Source of the DNA: Nitrospirota bacterium
Lineage (GTDB): Bacteria > Nitrospirota > UBA9217
Assembly: GCA_963751455.1 (NCBI GenBank)
Contig: CAVVUN010000015.1
Span: 1,152,001-1,216,000 of the forward strand
Direction of reading: 5' to 3'
DNA: 64,000 bases
In this document: positions 61,513 through 64,000 of the stretch, in pieces
Layout of the letters: each line of letters opens with the position of its first letter
How positions within the stretch are numbered: position 1 is the stretch's first letter
Translations under genes and position numbers: made by a program
Notes under the pieces: generated by a model
What the model saw: only the letters and a program-made list of their open reading frames with translations
Told to the model about the DNA's origin: nothing
Database searches by the model: none

Positions 61513-61737
61513 ATGAGCCTGGAAAAGGTTTTTATCGCATTCTGCGCCGCGCTGGCCATCGGTATCCCTGCTCTTGCCACTGCCTGGGCACAGTCAAAAA
61601 TCGGGGCGGCAGGAGCGGGTGCACTGGCCGAGAAACCCGAACTTACCGGCACTATCGTTATCCTGGTCGCGATACCGGAAACCATGGTTATTTTGGGGTT
61701 CGTTGTGTCTACGATGATACTTTTCACGGTGAAATGA
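61513..61737 (+). CDS. ntpK: V/A-type ATP synthase subunit K (c), single hairpin
   Basis: AWAQSKIGAAGAGALAEKPE...AIPETMVILG. Confidence 0.93.
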   Translation: MSLEKVFIAFCAALAIGIPALATAWAQSKIGAAGAGALAEKPELTGTIVILVAIPETMVILGFVVSTMILFTVK

Positions 61738-61738
61738 A

Positions 61739-62326
61739 ATGAGCTGCACAGAGCTTATTGAATCTCTCAAAAAATCCGCGGACGGGAAAAAAAATCTGCT
61801 CTGGCAGGAGGCGGAAGCCACGGCAGCGGCAACCAAATCGCAAGCGGAGAACGCGTTGAAGAAGCTGCGTGAAGACGCAGAACGGCAGCGGGTTGCGGCC
61901 GTCCGGGACAAGACTGCTCACGCGATTGCCGATGCCCGGAGCCAGGCGCGTATGTTAAGACTGGCGGCTGAAAAAGAGCTTGCCGGGCGACTGTATACAG
62001 CTGCCCTTTCTTCCCTGAAGTCGCTGAGGGACCTTGATTACAAAGCCGTTTTCCATTCACTGGTCGGAGAGTTACCGCTTGTCTCCTGGCAGACCGTTCG
62101 CGTGAACCCGGAGGACACTGCTCTTGCCGCGAGATATTTTCCGGCTGCCGAAATAGTGCCTGATGATACCATTATCGGAGGAGTGGAGGCATCGGCAGGG
62201 GAAGGAGCCATACGGATTATCAATACCCTGGAGAAGAGGCTGGAACGTGCGTGGAGCGATTTTCTGCCCGAACTGATCAGGGCCGTGTATCAGGAGGTTT
62301 CCGTTGAAGCTCCTTCAGCATTTTGA
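61739..62326 (+). CDS. ntpE: V/A-type ATP synthase subunit E
   Basis: Coiled-coil N-terminus, VNPED, IIGGV, NTLEKRL. Confidence 0.88.
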   Translation: MSCTELIESLKKSADGKKNLLWQEAEATAAATKSQAENALKKLREDAERQRVAAVRDKTAHAIADARSQARMLRLAAEKELAGRLYTAALSSLKSLRDLDYKAVFHSLVGELPLVSWQTVRVNPEDTALAARYFPAAEIVPDDTIIGGVEASAGEGAIRIINTLEKRLERAWSDFLPELIRAVYQEVSVEAPSAF

Positions 62327-63272
62327 AAACCCGGGGTACCCGGCTGAATATCTGGTTTCGAGGATCAGCGGACGGCGGTCCCGCTTTATCACGGACTGGA
62401 AACAGCTTGTTTTCAATGCCGCGCCCGCGGAATACCTGTCCTCCTCCCGCTATCAGGGGTTTGTGAAGGAGCATACGCCGGATGCAATATGGAGTTGTCT
62501 TATAAAAGAAAACCGGTGGTTATATGCGCAGATGAATGAAGACCTTCGGAGAATGTTCAACCCATATTTTTTGTATACGGAACTTCGGACCATCTTTATC
62601 TGGTTACGACATAGCATGCAGGGCCAAAAGACGGGCAGGACAACGGACCTCCTCAAGAGCAGTCTGCTCTCCGACGAAATAAAGAAACTGTTTGCATCGA
62701 ATCCGGATGTGGGCTTTGCCGTAACAAGTCTCGAACGCATATTCTTATCCCTGTCTGAAAAATTTGCAGGGCTGTCCGTGAAGTTCGAAACCGAAGGCTT
62801 AAGGGGGCTGGAGCAGCACATTACCAATACCTATCTGTCAGTGACGACGGAGAGCCGTCTGCACCCTGTTTTGAAGAAATATTTTCAGCAATTGATCGAT
62901 GCGCGAAACGTCATGAGCATGTATAAATATATCAGGCTGGAGCAGAAAATTGAGCCGCCCGTCATTCCGGGCGGGAGAATTCCGGAATCCCGCCTCCGGG
63001 CTGTTGTTGTCAGCGGCGACAGCTTTGGCTTGAGCCCTCTTATCAGGAAATTTTTCGGCATCACGATCGAAACACCGGACCCCACCAAGGTGGAAATTGC
63101 CCTCTATTCCGGGATAACACGATTTTTGAAAAAGGAAAGGCGTGAACAGCCGCTTGTCGGCGTCATCCTGGATTACCTTTGGAACTGCTCGCTTCAAGTT
63201 ATGAACTTGAGCGTGGTGCTGGCGGGCAAGGACCTGGAGCGGGAGGTCGTCATCGGTGAGCTCGTGCAGTAG
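62304..63272 (+). CDS. ntpC: V/A-type ATP synthase subunit C (d)
   Basis: YLVSRISG, IDARN, VILDYLW...NL, and operon position. Confidence 0.75.
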   Translation: MKLLQHFENPGYPAEYLVSRISGRRSRFITDWKQLVFNAAPAEYLSSSRYQGFVKEHTPDAIWSCLIKENRWLYAQMNEDLRRMFNPYFLYTELRTIFIWLRHSMQGQKTGRTTDLLKSSLLSDEIKKLFASNPDVGFAVTSLERIFLSLSEKFAGLSVKFETEGLRGLEQHITNTYLSVTTESRLHPVLKKYFQQLIDARNVMSMYKYIRLEQKIEPPVIPGGRIPESRLRAVVVSGDSFGLSPLIRKFFGITIETPDPTKVEIALYSGITRFLKKERREQPLVGVILDYLWNCSLQVMNLSVVLAGKDLEREVVIGELVQ

Positions 63273-63281
63273 AGAATATTT

Positions 63282-63535
63282 CACCGCGAAGACGCAAAGA
63301 GCGCAAAGGTTTTTAAAACTTTAAACCTGAATTTAAGAAGTCAAAGATTTTCTTCGCGTCCCTCGCTTGCACCCAGCGTTTTTGAGGCCCCTGATTCCCG
63401 TCTCTGCGGTCCTTGATTCCCGTCGCACGCTTCTCAGTGCGATGGTCGATAAAGGGTCTAAGCCTTACTCAGCGAGATGGTACTCAATGAGTCTCAGTAT
63501 TGTGGAACCGCGAGTGCAGAGTGTGTTCATCCGTA
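63282..63535. repeat. Nested repeat inside the ATPase operon: 9-mer hairpin > A > B > B
   Basis: A arms GCTTGCACCCAGCG (63365) and CGCGAGTGCAGAGT (to about 63523) enclose a B copy that itself encloses a second B (about 63408-63464). Confidence 0.8.
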
Positions 63536-63576
63536 ACAGGAATATTTTTTTCCGGCTTGCTCCGGGTTGGGTTGAA

Positions 63577-63915
63577 ATGAAAAAGATCGCGTTCATAACT
63601 CTTCCTGACGCAAAATACGGATTCAGGTTGGGCGGCGTTCCACACTATGCCGTGGAGCCGTCCGAGCTTCAAAATACACTGGCGAAAGTCATTGGTGACC
63701 CCGAGAACGGACTGGCCGTTGTTGATGAACGGTTTGTCGCCGGAAACCGGGAAGCAGAAGGGCTATCGGAAGACCGGCTCCGTGAGATTGAACAGGGCTG
63801 GCAGGGGATACTGCTGGTCCTCCCCTCGCCGCGAAAACCGATTGCAGAAGATGAGGATTACGCGGCCCGTCTCATTCGGAGAGCAATCGGTTATCATGTG
63901 AGGCTCAAATTATAA
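63577..63915 (+). CDS. ntpF: V/A-type ATP synthase subunit F
   Basis: MKKIAFI...GFRLGGV...LIRRAIGY. Start at ATG 63577. Confidence 0.88.
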   Translation: MKKIAFITLPDAKYGFRLGGVPHYAVEPSELQNTLAKVIGDPENGLAVVDERFVAGNREAEGLSEDRLREIEQGWQGILLVLPSPRKPIAEDEDYAARLIRRAIGYHVRLKL

Positions 63916-64000
63916 TGCAGGATGCAGATTCAGGTACAGGATGCAAGATACAGGATACAAAATTAGATCTCGATTAATCATTTTCATCATGTATCGTGAA

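Noticed and set aside
61513-61737. Na+-specific c-ring based on the Q...ET residues
   Set aside because: The same Q/ET pattern occurs in the proton-coupled Thermus-type subunit and the downstream Tyr is absent, so ion specificity cannot be called.

Overview
A 64-kb window of mid-GC bacterial chromosome. The gene content (V/A-type ATPase operon, nonaheme cytochrome c plus cytochrome b, REC-PilZ regulators, hybrid kinases) suggests an anaerobic Nitrospirota- or Desulfobacterota-like organism, which is inference. Most of it is housekeeping and signalling genes, with one accessory island at about 44.65-51.5 kb holding three coiled-coil paralogues, toxin-antitoxin, IS and group II intron remnants, and a large Ig/beta-propeller lipoprotein. 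Two layers are missed by the ORF track. (1) Selenocysteine recoding: an ArsM-like methyltransferase has two in-frame UGAs, the radical SAM ArsS has a C-terminal UGA, and a small SEC-C protein ends [11 protein letters not shown]. In each case a G-loop hairpin begins 10 nt after the UGA (weak for ArsS). (2) The intergenic DNA holds a system of small imperfect-palindrome modules (about 42 bp, 57 bp and 200-250 bp) inserted into one another, with filled and empty alleles both visible, plus a 168-bp MITE in two copies with different 8-bp target duplications. Also present are a likely c-di-GMP-II riboswitch and two unannotated basic small ORFs. Several single-base frameshifts look like read errors. 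I saw no rRNA, tRNA or CRISPR array.
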